The notes: generated by a model from the letters alone, not told the origin. 38,968 nucleotides of DNA from a virus (IMGVR_UViG_3300017589_000088:1-38968); one strand, 5' to 3'. Counted from the first letter of the stretch, positions 16,418-26,470 are shown. A program made the numbers and translations.

Positions 16418-16587
16418 TGATAGTTAATACAGCAGAGGCAGTGAGTATCGATATAGACAAGATGGATGAGCGCGCCGCATATGAAGTTTATTTAAAACTT
16501 AAGAAAAGATTTGATATTAATGTAGACTGCAATATATTTACTAATTGTAATTATATTGGGAATTGCCAATGTAAACATCTAACCTAA
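16418..16587 (+). pseudogene. Partial paralog of the downstream gene; start approximate
   Basis: IVNTAEAVSIDIDKMDERAAYEVYLKLKKR vs VVNTEAAVNIDIDVLDERVAYEVYLRLKER. Confidence 0.5.
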
Positions 16588-16613
16588 ATTGTGAGAAGGA
16601 TGTGAGTAATTAA

Positions 16614-16916
16614 ATGTTTATGGCAGACGTTAAATTAAATATAGGTAAGCATGGTAGCGACTCAAGTATAGAGATTAATGGCAAACCTGTTCTTGCAACA
16701 TCAATTGGGTTAGATATTCAAGCTGGTGCGGTAACTACCGTTAATGTTGTGATACCAATTGTAGAGAGGATGGTAGTTGTTAATACAGAGGCTGCAGTCA
16801 ATATTGATATAGATGTACTTGATGAACGTGTAGCGTACGAGGTCTATCTAAGACTTAAGGAACGACTTATAAGCAATAGCAGTTATGGTGGAATCGGTAG
16901 TACAGGAAGGTGTTGA
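16614..16916 (+). CDS. Hypothetical protein
   Basis: 100 aa beta-rich ORF with RBS. Confidence 0.7.
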   Translation: MFMADVKLNIGKHGSDSSIEINGKPVLATSIGLDIQAGAVTTVNVVIPIVERMVVVNTEAAVNIDIDVLDERVAYEVYLRLKERLISNSSYGGIGSTGRC

Positions 16917-16920
16917 GATA

Positions 16921-17475
16921 ATGACATGTGTCGCAGCAGTTGTGCATAACAACGTCGTGTATATGGGAGCAGACAGTGCAGGAGTAGCAGGATTAGACCT
17001 CACTGTCAGGGCAGATCAGAAAGTATTTACTAATGGAGATTTTTTAATTGGATTTACATCATCGTTTAGAATGGGACAATTGCTTCGATATGCATTCGAT
17101 CCACCTAAATACCGTGAAGATGAGAAAGATCTATATAAATACATGGTGACTGACTTTGTTAATGCAGTAAGGACCTGTTTGAAAGGTGGAGGATATGCAC
17201 AGGCAGACAAAGGTGAAGAGATTGGAGGTTGTTTCTTAGTAGGCGTTCGTGGCAGACTGTTCCAGATTGAATCTGATTATCAAGTTGGCGAATCTGTTCA
17301 GCCTTATAGTGCAATCGGGTGTGGCGAAGACTATGCTCTAGGAGTATTGTCTGTTACGCACACGGTTGATCCTGAGAATAGGATTCGACTAGCGCTAAGT
17401 TCGGCAGAGAAGTTTAGCGCTGGAGTTCGAAGCCCTTTCATTGTAATAAATTCAACAATAGTACCATCACCATAA
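16921..17475 (+). CDS. HslV/proteasome beta-like Ntn-hydrolase (Thr peptidase)
   Basis: ATG at 16921 gives M-T-C-V-A...MGADS, conserved K (QKVF), AIGCG..YALG. Confidence 0.75.
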   Translation: MTCVAAVVHNNVVYMGADSAGVAGLDLTVRADQKVFTNGDFLIGFTSSFRMGQLLRYAFDPPKYREDEKDLYKYMVTDFVNAVRTCLKGGGYAQADKGEEIGGCFLVGVRGRLFQIESDYQVGESVQPYSAIGCGEDYALGVLSVTHTVDPENRIRLALSSAEKFSAGVRSPFIVINSTIVPSP

Positions 17476-17481
17476 CTATTT

Positions 17482-17577
17482 GGGTCCTTCTGAGGGGGGG
17501 GGGTATACAGGGGTCGCGAATGCCCCGATGGTTATTCCTGAAAAAAAAGAAAAATTCACTTCCGATTTTCCGATATT
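17482..17577 (+). other. Lambda-like cos region (cosQ, cosN, start of cosB)
   Basis: GGGTCCT (lambda cosQ sequence) then CAG-GGGTCGCGAATG-CCCCG and TTCCGAT repeats, directly upstream of terS. Confidence 0.6.
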
Positions 17578-17597
17578 GATCAAAAAGGACTGATGAC

Positions 17598-18134
17598 ATG
17601 GCTGCCGATAAAGTACCACAAACGCTGCCTTCTTGGATGGGGATTGATGATCAAAGAATATTGCTAAATGCGAAATCAGCGGCAGTATTTTTTGGAGTAA
17701 CAGAAAGAACCTTGCTAGACTGGGCGAAACGCGGAATGCCGAAAGAATCCCGTGGATGGTATGACATTCGCGCAGTCATGGAATGGCGAGGATCAACTGC
17801 TAGTCATAATAAATCGGAAGAGATGTCAGCAGAAGCTCGTAAGCTTGCAGCAGAAGCAAAATTTAAAGAAGCTAAAGCAGAAATGGCAACAATGGATCAG
17901 TTTGTGATGGAGGGGAAATATGTAGAAAAAGCTGAGGTTGATAGAACATGGGCGACAGTTGGAATACAATTAAAAGCAAATATTATGGCCTGGGTGCGAA
18001 CCCTTACCCCTGTGCTAGCTCATCAAGATATGCGAAGCATCGAAAAGGTCATGACAGGCGCAGTTTATGACCTCCTCGAACAGCTCTCGAGTAAAGGTCG
18101 CTACCAAAAGAAAGTCGCCAAAAAAACAAAGTGA
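17598..18134 (+). CDS. Terminase small subunit (Nu1-like)
   Basis: wHTH AVFFGVTERTLLDWAKRGMP...YD...V.EW, coiled coil, G.YV; precedes TerL. Confidence 0.9.
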   Translation: MAADKVPQTLPSWMGIDDQRILLNAKSAAVFFGVTERTLLDWAKRGMPKESRGWYDIRAVMEWRGSTASHNKSEEMSAEARKLAAEAKFKEAKAEMATMDQFVMEGKYVEKAEVDRTWATVGIQLKANIMAWVRTLTPVLAHQDMRSIEKVMTGAVYDLLEQLSSKGRYQKKVAKKTK

Positions 18135-19944
18135 GCTGCCTGAAGCATTACGCCGTGCCTTAAAACCGCCTGAAAGAATAACAGTAAGCCAATGGGCTGA
18201 TAAATTTCGTATTCTAGAATTGCGAACATCGTCGATGCCTGGCCCATGGAAGACATCGTTTATTCCGTATGCTAAAGAGCCAATGGACTCTTTCAACGAT
18301 CCTGAGATTGAACATATTATTTTAGTATTCGGCTCACAAGCTAGCAAAACAGAAATACTCATCAACATGATCGGTTATGCCACTGATCAAGATCCAGGTC
18401 CAATGTTAGTTGTATACCCGGAAGATGGTACCGCTGAATTTGCAGGTGAAAGCCGTATCGAACCAATGGTTTTAAGTGTGCCAGCATTGAAAAATAAGTT
18501 CAACGAACGTGGGAGTGAGAAATTAGAGCTGAAGTTCGATGATGTATTCATTGCATTGAATGGCGCTAATTCTCCATCAAAGCTTGCAAGTAAACCAATT
18601 AGGTACCTGATTCGTGATGAAATTGATAAGTATAAGGAGTGGACAGGTAAGGAGGCAAGTCCTTTAGCGTTATCGGAAGAACGTACTAAAACATTTCCGC
18701 ATAATAAAAAAATTGTTGATGCCTCAACTCCTACGCTTAAAACTGGGAACATCTGGAGTGCTTATGAAAAAGCAGATTTAAAAAAGAAATATCATGTTCC
18801 TTGCCCTCATTGCGGGAAATATCAAGAATTAATATTTAAACAGATTAAGTGGCCAAAGGAAATTAAGGATGATCATAAATTGGCTAAAGACTTAGCATGG
18901 TATGAATGCAAGTTTTGTAAAGGCATAATTGAAGAGCGGCATAAACAGAAAATGATCTCCTTTGGAAAATGGGTTATTGAAAATAAACCCATTGGAAGAA
19001 TTAGATCTGTTGCCTATCATGTAAATTCAATTTATAGCCCTTTTGTTAGCTTTGGCGATATGGCAAGTAAGTTTCTAGCTGCTAAAGATATACCAAGCGA
19101 ACTAATGAACTTTATTAATTCATGGCTTGCTGAGCCGTGGGAAGATAAAGCAACCTCCATGAAATCAGATATTGTCCTTAAGCATCAAGGCAATTATGAA
19201 GAAGGTAGAGTCCCAGAAGATGCATTGCTTTTGACAGCTGGGATAGACGTACAACAAGGCTATTTCTGGGGTACTGTGCGAGCTTGGGGGGAAAGACTTT
19301 CATCTTGGCTGGTGCGATATCAAAGGCTAGAAACATGGATAGATGTTGAACAGTTTATTTTCGATCCATATGTTACTGAATGGGGAGAAGTTGTATATAT
19401 TCAAAAGGCTTGCCTTGATTCTGGCTATGAGACGGATGATGTATATTTATTTTGTGCTCAGCATCCTGGTATATGTGTGCCAGTGAAAGGATCTTCAAAT
19501 CCTCTAAAAGCAAGGCAATCAGCAACACGCATCGATAAAGGTAAAGGAACAGGTTTAATACTATATAACCTAGATACAAACCAATATAAAAATCAAATAT
19601 CAGGATCATTGGCTAAACCAGCAAATATGCCTGGTGCATTTATGGTATATCGAGATTGCCCACGGGAATATGCTGACCAAATATGTTCGGAACAAAAAGT
19701 CACGTCTCAAGATAAACGGACTAAAAAGCAAATTGAAACATGGAAACCGATCGGTAGCCATGCACAAAATCATTTGCTTGACTGCGAGGTATATGCTGCA
19801 GCGGCAGCAGACTTGTTAGGTGTTAGGTTTGTAACAAAGCCCCAAGAACCAGAACTTGAACCAGATGCAGCAGAAGAAGAGACTAATAGTGGGCGTAATG
19901 GATTTTTAAGTGGTCGTGATCGATTATTAAATAGAAGGAGATGA
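18067..19944 (+). CDS. Terminase large subunit (lambda GpA family); exact start uncertain
   Basis: TVSQWAD, PGPW, SQASKTE Walker A, DEID, STPT, CPHCG, AGIDVQ, DSG, NHLLDCEVYA. Confidence 0.97.
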   Translation: MTSSNSSRVKVATKRKSPKKQSELPEALRRALKPPERITVSQWADKFRILELRTSSMPGPWKTSFIPYAKEPMDSFNDPEIEHIILVFGSQASKTEILINMIGYATDQDPGPMLVVYPEDGTAEFAGESRIEPMVLSVPALKNKFNERGSEKLELKFDDVFIALNGANSPSKLASKPIRYLIRDEIDKYKEWTGKEASPLALSEERTKTFPHNKKIVDASTPTLKTGNIWSAYEKADLKKKYHVPCPHCGKYQELIFKQIKWPKEIKDDHKLAKDLAWYECKFCKGIIEERHKQKMISFGKWVIENKPIGRIRSVAYHVNSIYSPFVSFGDMASKFLAAKDIPSELMNFINSWLAEPWEDKATSMKSDIVLKHQGNYEEGRVPEDALLLTAGIDVQQGYFWGTVRAWGERLSSWLVRYQRLETWIDVEQFIFDPYVTEWGEVVYIQKACLDSGYETDDVYLFCAQHPGICVPVKGSSNPLKARQSATRIDKGKGTGLILYNLDTNQYKNQISGSLAKPANMPGAFMVYRDCPREYADQICSEQKVTSQDKRTKKQIETWKPIGSHAQNHLLDCEVYAAAAADLLGVRFVTKPQEPELEPDAAEEETNSGRNGFLSGRDRLLNRRR

Positions 19945-19950
19945 TCAACA

Positions 19951-20157
19951 TTGGTAGACATGTTAGAAGCCCAACTTACAAGAGTACAGACAAGAATTGC
20001 AGCTATAGAAAGCGGAGCTGAAGAGTACCAGTCTGGTAGTAAACGATTAAAGAATCATAACCTTACTACATTGTACGCCCGTGAAAAGGATTTACTAAAC
20101 CGAATCGCGAGGGGAAATTGCGGAAGTACGGCATATTTCGGGAGGCCTAGTCGATGA
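19951..20157 (+). CDS. gpW-like head completion protein
   Basis: 68 aa between TerL and portal; IAAIESGAEEY..G. Confidence 0.7.
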   Translation: MVDMLEAQLTRVQTRIAAIESGAEEYQSGSKRLKNHNLTTLYAREKDLLNRIARGNCGSTAYFGRPSR

Positions 20158-21677
20158 AAGCAACTATTTTAGACCGAGCTATCGAATATGTATCACCGAG
20201 ATTAGCATATGTCCGCGCAAGATATCAATCGGGATTAGATGCCATCAGGAGTTATGATGCTGGAAAAATCGACCGCAATACATCTGATTGGGTACCTGTT
20301 AACGCAAGTCCTGAACAAACGGATTCAAGACAGCGCGATATTATTAAAGCTAGAGCACGTGAGCTTGAACGTAATAGTGATATTGCAGAATCAGTTGTCA
20401 ATGCTATCATCAGAAATGTAATTGGTACCGGTATTAAGCCCCAAGCTCAAATTAAAAAGTCTAATGGAACATTTGACGAAACCCTAAATCAGCAATTGGA
20501 AGATGCTTTCGAAATATGGACAATGCCCGAAAATTGTGATGTTACAGGGCATCAATCCTTTTATGAATTGCAAGAAATGGTGCTGATACGCAGGGTATAT
20601 GATGGAGAGATCTTCGCATTACCTACTATGACAGATGATAAAACAGCATACTTGCCATTGCAATTGCAAGTTATGGAGTCTGATTTGCTGGCAACAGGGC
20701 TGATGAATGCTCCTGGTACAAATAATGTTATCTTGCATGGAGTAGAGGTTAATAAATATTTTAAACCAATGGCATATTGGTTTCAGAATATGTCCCCTGA
20801 TGGATTTATTACGTTTGATGCAATTAGAGTAGATGCTAAAAAGGTAATGCACCTGTTTAAAAAGCGCAGGCCACAGCAGACCAGAGGAATCAGCGAACTA
20901 CATAGGATCATGACAAGACTAAAAGAAACAGGTCGTTATCTTGATGCAGAATTACTATGCAGAGAGATTGCAGCCTGTTTTGCTGTTTATATAAAACAAG
21001 ATATGCCAAGCGATCATGTAACAACACTGAGGCAAAATAAGTCAGGGGAGAGAGTAAAAGACCTTGTCCCAGGAACAGCGACATATCTAGCTCCTGGTGA
21101 GGATGTCTCTACAGCACAACCTCCTGCAAGTGGTGCAAGTGTCCGTGATTACACTGAGGTGGAATTGCGCTTAGCAGGTGCTGGTGTAGGCCTCAGTTAT
21201 GAAGAAACCAGCAGAGATATGTCGAAATCGACTTATTCAAGTGCTAGGATGGCTCATTTAGCTGATCGTAGAACTTTTATTCCCATTCAAAAATATATGA
21301 TTATCCATTTTTGTCGTCCCATATGGAAGGAATTTGTCCGAGCTTGTGTCCTGAAAGGGATCGTAAAAATCCATGATTACTGGCAAAACGAGGACAAATA
21401 TCTAAAATGCACATGGATTGCTCCTGGGTGGGCTTGGATTGACCCACTTAAAGACGTAAAAGCGACTCGTGAGGAAATCGATGCAGGGCTCACAACTGCA
21501 TCAGATAAATGCGCTGAGCGCGGTTATGACTGGAAAGACATTTATGTGCAGCTTCAAAGAGAACAAGCCTATGCCAAACAGTTGGGTCTTGAGCTCAATG
21601 CTAATAATAAAGGAGGACAAATGCAAAATGCGAACACTGAACAAAACTCCAACGTGGGCCAAGAATCTACAACGTAG
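20154..21677 (+). CDS. Portal protein, lambda family
   Basis: RARELERN, DGE.F, RP.QTRGIS, D.S...YSSAR, WIDPLKD. Confidence 0.97.
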   Translation: MKATILDRAIEYVSPRLAYVRARYQSGLDAIRSYDAGKIDRNTSDWVPVNASPEQTDSRQRDIIKARARELERNSDIAESVVNAIIRNVIGTGIKPQAQIKKSNGTFDETLNQQLEDAFEIWTMPENCDVTGHQSFYELQEMVLIRRVYDGEIFALPTMTDDKTAYLPLQLQVMESDLLATGLMNAPGTNNVILHGVEVNKYFKPMAYWFQNMSPDGFITFDAIRVDAKKVMHLFKKRRPQQTRGISELHRIMTRLKETGRYLDAELLCREIAACFAVYIKQDMPSDHVTTLRQNKSGERVKDLVPGTATYLAPGEDVSTAQPPASGASVRDYTEVELRLAGAGVGLSYEETSRDMSKSTYSSARMAHLADRRTFIPIQKYMIIHFCRPIWKEFVRACVLKGIVKIHDYWQNEDKYLKCTWIAPGWAWIDPLKDVKATREEIDAGLTTASDKCAERGYDWKDIYVQLQREQAYAKQLGLELNANNKGGQMQNANTEQNSNVGQESTT

Positions 21678-23538
21678 TTTTAATTTTGAAAGAGCGGCTA
21701 TCGACGTTGAAAAGCGAACGGTACCGCTTTCTTTTTCGAGTGAAACTACAGAAGTAGTTAGATGGGGAGATGTAGAGATACTTGACCACTCCCCAGGGGC
21801 TTGCGACTTAACACAATTAAACGATATTGGGGTATTGCTATTTAATCATAACCTAGATATACCAATAGGTGGAATTGAGTCCGCTATTATCTCAAATAGT
21901 CGGGGCGAGGCAGTGGCCAGATTTGACACTGACCCTGAGAGCGACAAGTATTTTCAGAAAGTCATTAGTGGAACACTTAGAGCCGTTAGTTGCCGATACA
22001 CGGTGCAGCCAAAAGATTGGGAGTATGTCGAAGCTAATGCCATTTCTAGCGATGGACGATTCACAGGACCATGTTATATTGCACGAAAATGGAAAGTAAC
22101 TGAAATATCCATTGTCTCTATCCCAGCTGACTCATCAGTTGGGGTTGGTCGATCTGCTGAAGAAATTGAAAACCATTCAAATGGAAAAAATGAATTTAGG
22201 AGTGATTTTAATATGACGCCAGAAGAATTAGCCGCTATTGAAGCCGAAAAAACAAGAAAAGCACAGGAGAATACAGAGGCTATCCGCGCTCAAGCCCAAC
22301 AAACAGAACGTGTAAGAGTAACGGAGATAACAGGAATTTGTCGTGCTTATGAGTTTGATGCAAGCGAATATATTAGTAAAGGTAACACTGCCGATGAGGT
22401 TCGTAAAGCTATTATGGATGAACAAATCCGAAAACAGGCAGCTATTCCAACAGCACGAATTATAGCTGATGAAGCAGATAAAGTCCGTGCAGCAATGACT
22501 GATGGTCTTAGTATTCGTGCTGGTATGATTGTCGATAAACCGGCTCCAGGCTACGAAGATTTTCGCTCCGTCCGCTTGCTACGCTTAGCTGAGGAATGTG
22601 TTGAGCGTAGAGAAGGAAAACGAATGAAGTTTACTAATGATGAAGATTTGATCCGGTCAGCGTTGACAGGTGGTAGTCAATTCTCTGGTATTCTCTCAAA
22701 CGTAGCTAATAAATCAATGTCTACTGCTTATCAAATGGCACCTACTACATTCCAATTATGGACAGGCACAGGTTCACAATCTGATTTTAAGACCGGTACT
22801 CGTTACCGTTTATCGGAAGCAGACGAATTAGTTAAATTAACTAGTCAAGGGGAATTCACATCAACGGAAGTAAGCGAAGGCAGTGTAACCACGTCTATTG
22901 GTACATATGGACGTAAATTCTCCATTACTCGCCAAGCAATTATTAATGATGATATGGGGGCATTATCGGGTATCCCTATGAAATATGGCGCTGCAGCGCG
23001 ACGGATGATTAATCGTTTAGTTTATAAATTGTTGAAAGATAACCCTACTATTAATGGAGCAGCTTTATTCCACGCAAATCATAAAAACCTTGCAGGCACA
23101 GCGGCAGGATTATCTGTCGAATCTCTTGGCAAAGGAAAAGCCGCCATGGCAAAACAAAAAAATATTGGCGGTGAAGAATACCTCAATATCCAGCCTGCTT
23201 ATCTTTTAGTCCCAACTGACTTAGAAGTTATTGCCGCACAATTGATTAATTCAGTTGTTGATCCTTCAAAGAACAATGCTACATTTAACCCATTTGCTAA
23301 TAAATTAACTACAGTTTCCGATCCTTATTTGGATGAAATTAGTTCAACAAATTGGTTTCTAGCTGGGGCCCCTGGTATTACAGATACCATAGAGGTAACT
23401 TATTTAAATGGGCGTCAGCAACCAACGATGGAAAGCCAAGTTAGTTTCGATGTACTTGGTATCGAGTGGAGAATTTACATGGACTTTGGCGTTAATCTGC
23501 TTGACCATCGTGGATTGTATAAAAATCCAGGAGTATAA
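21628..23538 (+). CDS. Prohead protease/major capsid protein fusion
   Basis: LSFSSE, LLFNHN, EISIVSIPAD protease domain; capsid domain with SDFK, TYGRKFSITRQAIINDDMGA, LFHANH.N. Confidence 0.93.
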   Translation: MRTLNKTPTWAKNLQRSFNFERAAIDVEKRTVPLSFSSETTEVVRWGDVEILDHSPGACDLTQLNDIGVLLFNHNLDIPIGGIESAIISNSRGEAVARFDTDPESDKYFQKVISGTLRAVSCRYTVQPKDWEYVEANAISSDGRFTGPCYIARKWKVTEISIVSIPADSSVGVGRSAEEIENHSNGKNEFRSDFNMTPEELAAIEAEKTRKAQENTEAIRAQAQQTERVRVTEITGICRAYEFDASEYISKGNTADEVRKAIMDEQIRKQAAIPTARIIADEADKVRAAMTDGLSIRAGMIVDKPAPGYEDFRSVRLLRLAEECVERREGKRMKFTNDEDLIRSALTGGSQFSGILSNVANKSMSTAYQMAPTTFQLWTGTGSQSDFKTGTRYRLSEADELVKLTSQGEFTSTEVSEGSVTTSIGTYGRKFSITRQAIINDDMGALSGIPMKYGAAARRMINRLVYKLLKDNPTINGAALFHANHKNLAGTAAGLSVESLGKGKAAMAKQKNIGGEEYLNIQPAYLLVPTDLEVIAAQLINSVVDPSKNNATFNPFANKLTTVSDPYLDEISSTNWFLAGAPGITDTIEVTYLNGRQQPTMESQVSFDVLGIEWRIYMDFGVNLLDHRGLYKNPGV

Positions 23539-23591
23539 TTTATGGGCGGTAATTCCGCCTTCGTAATTTAAAATAAACGGAGGTTTTAATC

Positions 23592-24074
23592 ATGGTAAAA
23601 ACAGCTAAATATAAGTATTCTGGTGAAAAAATTGATTTTACGAATAGCTCTGGTACGGCCATTGCTGTTGGTGATGTAATACCATTAGTAAATAGAATAG
23701 GTATAGCATTAGAATCTATCGACGATGGGGACGTTGATACTGTTGCGGTCAGTGAATGTTTTGAATTACCGGCAATAAATACAGTTGCCTTTGCAGTAGG
23801 TGATCGGGTATTTTGGGATGTAACTGCTCAAAAACTTACTAATGTTGGGTTAGGAAATACGCCAGCTGGAGAAGTGACTGAAATTAAAGAGCAAGCTGGA
23901 ACTACTGCCGTAATTAATATTTGTTGCGGTGGTTTTGACCGTCAGGCCAATATTACTGATATCAGTACAACCAATGGAAGTGATGCAACGACTACGCAAG
24001 CGTTGGCCAATGCGAATAAAGCTAAAATAAACGAAATATTAGCAACTTTACGTTCTTCTGGCGTAATCGGATAA
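23592..24074 (+). CDS. DUF2190-family capsid cement/decoration protein with C-terminal extension
   Basis: G..IDF......I..GD......IGIA...F..GD.V.WD; follows the capsid gene. Confidence 0.8.
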   Translation: MVKTAKYKYSGEKIDFTNSSGTAIAVGDVIPLVNRIGIALESIDDGDVDTVAVSECFELPAINTVAFAVGDRVFWDVTAQKLTNVGLGNTPAGEVTEIKEQAGTTAVINICCGGFDRQANITDISTTNGSDATTTQALANANKAKINEILATLRSSGVIG

Positions 24075-24075
24075 T

Positions 24076-24102
24076 AAGAGGGGGTTATGCCCCCTTCTTT
24101 TT
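24076..24102 (+). terminator. Intrinsic terminator after the head genes
   Basis: GGGGG-TTATG-CCCCC stem + TTCTTTTT. Confidence 0.55.
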
Positions 24103-24113
24103 GAGGTGATAAT

Positions 24114-24434
24114 ATGTCCTTTAAAGACCAAATGCGTGCAGATCTCGCAATATTTTTTAACCCCGAAGAATTGGGTGAGAAAATCATATATAATGGGGTT
24201 GAAATAACCGCAATACCCGATATGGGCGAGTCAAATGCTAAAGGGAATACATTTACGAATGATGGTAGTGCGGACAGAGCTTTTTTTGAAGTGACTATTG
24301 ATGATGTTCCTAGCCCTAGTGCTGGTGACGAAATTGTTTATATGGATAAAACATGGGAAGTGGCACGTATAGTCGAGTCTGATACTATTACTCATAGACT
24401 GGCATGTATTTCTAATCAGAGTGCAATGCGATGA
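24114..24434 (+). CDS. Head-tail joining protein (gpFII-like)
   Basis: MSFKDQ..AD..IFFN.EE pattern, P..GD; synteny. Confidence 0.7.
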   Translation: MSFKDQMRADLAIFFNPEELGEKIIYNGVEITAIPDMGESNAKGNTFTNDGSADRAFFEVTIDDVPSPSAGDEIVYMDKTWEVARIVESDTITHRLACISNQSAMR

Positions 24435-25033
24435 TTGAATTAGAATTAAAAATAATTGATGCCGCCACGCCTTTTTTAAATTACATGGCGCAAACAAAGC
24501 CAGACTGGATGCGTAAGTCTCTGAAATCAGCGGGCTGGTGGATGGGACAAGAGATAAAAAAAGGGATTCGCAGTGGAGCACCGGGTGGGCAGAAATATAT
24601 AGAACGGATGAGTAACCAGCGCAGACAAGATATTGATGATATTATGGCCAGCAAGAACGCTAATAGGAAACCGCAGCGTAGCTATCCTATAATGGGCGAT
24701 CTACCCAAATCAGTTGGATATCAATATAGTGAAAGCTCAGTATTGGTTGGATATTTATCCAAAGGAGCTGTAAGGATTGGTCAATGGCAAGAAAATGGCG
24801 TAACTCAGACCGTAACCGATAAAATGAGAAGACTTATGTTTGGCGCAGATATCGGACTCCAGCAAGGAAGAAATTTTATTATTACACCAGCTCGCCCCAC
24901 ATTTGCCCCTATGAAGCGAGCATTAGAACCTAAAATAGCAGACTATATCGAGACTAAAATTATTAATTATATGCAAAAAGGTACTGGATGGGAGCCAAGT
25001 ACAAAAACACGTAAATACCGTGTGAGAGGATAA
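24431..25033 (+). CDS. Neck/tail completion protein (gpZ-like)
   Basis: Basic protein with PARP motif; synteny. Confidence 0.6.
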   Translation: MIELELKIIDAATPFLNYMAQTKPDWMRKSLKSAGWWMGQEIKKGIRSGAPGGQKYIERMSNQRRQDIDDIMASKNANRKPQRSYPIMGDLPKSVGYQYSESSVLVGYLSKGAVRIGQWQENGVTQTVTDKMRRLMFGADIGLQQGRNFIITPARPTFAPMKRALEPKIADYIETKIINYMQKGTGWEPSTKTRKYRVRG

Positions 25034-25034
25034 T

Positions 25035-25517
25035 ATGAATTTACCTACAATAAAAATTACTGATATTACTAAAAAATGGCATGTCGGAATTAGAAATAGC
25101 ACAGAAATTGAAGATTTTTGCCAAATGAAATACGGTAAAAGTTTAAAGATTTATGCAGGGATGGATACAAAGAAAAAGCCTACTGAAAAAGATTGCCCGT
25201 ATGCGGTAATTATGCCTGGTACAAAGCTTGAAGGTACTGATAACCCCGAATATAAGTATATGTCAACAATAGCTTGGTGCATTTTAAATAAAACACCAGC
25301 AGAAGTTATTGGCTATGACGTTACTCAACCAGGTACATCTGAAACTGACAATTTAGGGCAATTAATATTATCAGCAGTCGCAGATTTAAATCCAAGTTGC
25401 CCAGTATCTGATATTGATTATTATATTGAGACATTAGATTATATTCCTCAATATCCTGGGCGTATGAATTTAACAATTACGGTGCCTGTGGTGATGGGCG
25501 CGAAATTAGAATATTAA
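25035..25517 (+). CDS. Probable tail terminator protein
   Basis: Synteny before the tail tube gene. Confidence 0.55.
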   Translation: MNLPTIKITDITKKWHVGIRNSTEIEDFCQMKYGKSLKIYAGMDTKKKPTEKDCPYAVIMPGTKLEGTDNPEYKYMSTIAWCILNKTPAEVIGYDVTQPGTSETDNLGQLILSAVADLNPSCPVSDIDYYIETLDYIPQYPGRMNLTITVPVVMGAKLEY

Positions 25518-25528
25518 GGAGGTAACAC

Positions 25529-26470
25529 ATGCAAGCACAAGGCTATCGTGGCCAGTTGGGAATGGACTTTGAGACAACTTATAAAACAACCCCAGCTGTT
25601 CCCAGTGGTATTTTAATGCCAATTCAATCAAGTAAAATACAATCTAAGCAGAATCTTGCTGAAGACAAAACAATTCGCGGCAGGCGGGATCCAGCACAGC
25701 CTAGCATGGGTTTTGTCAATGTCGATGGGAGTATTACAGTGCCCGTCGATGAAATCGCCATTGGGTATTGGCTTAAAGCTATTTTCGGAGCACCAGCAAC
25801 TACAGGATCAGCCGATCTATATACCCATGTATTTAAGCCCGGATTTGTGCAGCCGAGTTTAGTTTTAGAACAAGGATTTACCGATATCGGACAGTATTTT
25901 TTATTTAATGGATGTAAGGTTGGTAAATTCGCAATTAGTTTTGGTGGCGATGCTGATTTGTCTGCCACCATTGATATTATGGGAGCGAAAGAAACTATTT
26001 CAGGAACTACATTTGATTCAACATTGACTCAAATAGTACTAAGAAAATTCAACAATTTTCAGGCCGCTGTGATTGAAGGTGGTGCCGCACTAGCGACCAT
26101 AACTAAAGCCGACTTAACTATTGATTTAGGGCTTGATGGTGATACCCACGTTCTAGATGGTACCCCATGTAGAAGTAGTGTCAACGAGGGACTTATTAGT
26201 GTATCAGGCACTATTACAGCCTTATTTGAGAGCATAGTCCTACTTAATAAGGCGATTGCAGGCACAACGTCTAGTATTGCCTTAAAACTAGCGTCGGGTA
26301 CTCACTCGCTAGAATTTAAAATGCCTGAGGTAATGTATGAACGAGACTCACCGACCATCGACGGTCCCAAAGGTGTGCTGGTTAGCTTGCCATTCAAAGC
26401 ATTTTATAGTGCCAGCGTAGAAAATTCAGTGATAGTAGTCACGTTAGTTACATCACAAGCAACATATTAA
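25529..26470 (+). CDS. Tail tube (major tail) protein
   Basis: FETTY...P, V.G.I, PSL..E.G, F.GCKV, V.G.ITA.F; synteny. Confidence 0.85.
   Translation: MQAQGYRGQLGMDFETTYKTTPAVPSGILMPIQSSKIQSKQNLAEDKTIRGRRDPAQPSMGFVNVDGSITVPVDEIAIGYWLKAIFGAPATTGSADLYTHVFKPGFVQPSLVLEQGFTDIGQYFLFNGCKVGKFAISFGGDADLSATIDIMGAKETISGTTFDSTLTQIVLRKFNNFQAAVIEGGAALATITKADLTIDLGLDGDTHVLDGTPCRSSVNEGLISVSGTITALFESIVLLNKAIAGTTSSIALKLASGTHSLEFKMPEVMYERDSPTIDGPKGVLVSLPFKAFYSASVENSVIVVTLVTSQATY

Noticed and set aside
21469-21627. Longer start for the protease-capsid gene
   Set aside because: Deep overlap with portal; the RBS supports ATG 21628
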